DNA from: an uncultured Eubacteriales bacterium
Lineage (GTDB): Bacteria; Acidobacteriota; Aminicenantia; Aminicenantales; Saccharicenantaceae
NCBI GenBank assembly: GCA_964551995.1
Contig: CAZKFD010000011.1
Coordinates: 43,374-107,373, forward strand
Length of the DNA stretch: 64,000 bases
Reading direction: 5' to 3'
The position numbers and the translations under genes are program-made. Below are positions 63,617 to 64,000 of this stretch, piece by piece; the first letter of the stretch is position 1, and each line of letters opens with the position of its first letter. The notes under the pieces were generated by a model. The model worked only from the letters and a program-made list of their open reading frames with translations. It was not told the origin of the DNA and made no database searches.

Positions 63617-64000
63617 TCAGTCCCCTTGCGAATACGAGAAGTCCTCCAGAGCCATGACCGCCATGTCCGAGGCGAAACGGTCAGCTTTCTGCCTTGCCAC
63701 TTCCTTCAGCCTGCGGAAGCCGAGGGGGCCGAGGTTGAGGAGCCCTTCCCGGGCATTGTACCGTACGTGCCAGATGGGAGAATACAGACCCCGCGTCAGG
63801 ATGACCAGGGCAGAGGGGTTCTTCAGGTTTCCCAAGCCCTTGAGTGCCTGTGCCTGGACCTCCCATTCCCGGTCTCCGGCCATCTGCTCCAAGGTGTCGT
63901 ATGATTCGGGGATCAGAAGCCGGCTTAGGGCTCTGGCGACCTTGATCCTGACCTCTTTCTCGGGGTGACTCGCGTAGGCTTTGATCTCGGGATACAGAGC
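63617..64000 (-). CDS. HEAT/PBS-lyase-type repeat protein, 3' part (5' end lies beyond the window)
   Basis: The frame stays open up to the window edge (...ALYPEIKAYASHPEKEVRIKVARALSRLLIPESYDTLEQMAGDREWEVQAQALKGLGNLKN...). Its stop lies 2 nt before the GT2 start. Confidence 0.65.
   Translation of the reverse strand, partial: ALYPEIKAYASHPEKEVRIKVARALSRLLIPESYDTLEQMAGDREWEVQAQALKGLGNLKNPSALVILTRGLYSPIWHVRYNAREGLLNLGPLGFRRLKEVARQKADRFASDMAVMALEDFSYSQGD

Noticed and set aside
1-64000. CRISPR arrays, tRNA/rRNA genes, transposases/integrases and prophage genes.
   Set aside because: Scanning intergenic regions and ORF translations by eye showed no short regularly spaced repeats, no cloverleaf-like tRNA candidates, and no DDE/tyrosine-recombinase signatures. 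A by-eye scan cannot exclude small ncRNAs.

Overview
This is a GC-rich (visibly about two-thirds G+C, not computed) bacterial chromosomal segment. I found no rRNA, tRNA, CRISPR or mobile-element genes. The gene content fits a soil heterotroph such as an Acidobacteriota-like organism, but that placement is only an inference. The first ~30 kb is an L-arabinofuranoside utilisation locus. It holds an araB-araD operon joined to a FucI-family isomerase, three GH127 beta-L-arabinofuranosidase paralogs (one frameshifted), a GH51 alpha-L-arabinofuranosidase, a BNR/Asp-box protein and a large secreted GH-like protein. A GntR regulator gene and a UroD-like gene follow. The remaining genes are three S9 peptidases, two OmpR-type two-component systems each followed by a small secreted protein, a co-directional envelope array (two GT-C glycosyltransferases flanking a SAM methyltransferase, plus a YVTN beta-propeller), a czcCBA-like RND efflux operon, a CE4 deacetylase / flippase-like / GT4 module, a MerR(TipAL-like) regulator with a classic 19-bp-spacer promoter, a MarR-HlyD-TolC triad, and a YaiO/YaiP-like exopolysaccharide pair. 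The window also contains several decayed or odd genes: a GH95 N-terminal remnant with an in-frame TGA, a P-type ATPase fragment, two apparent 1-nt frameshifts, and a BsuPI-type lipoprotein whose only plausible start codon is ATT. Many long antisense ORFs in the supplied track are artefacts of the GC-rich sequence. The track also labels GTG and TTG starts as M.
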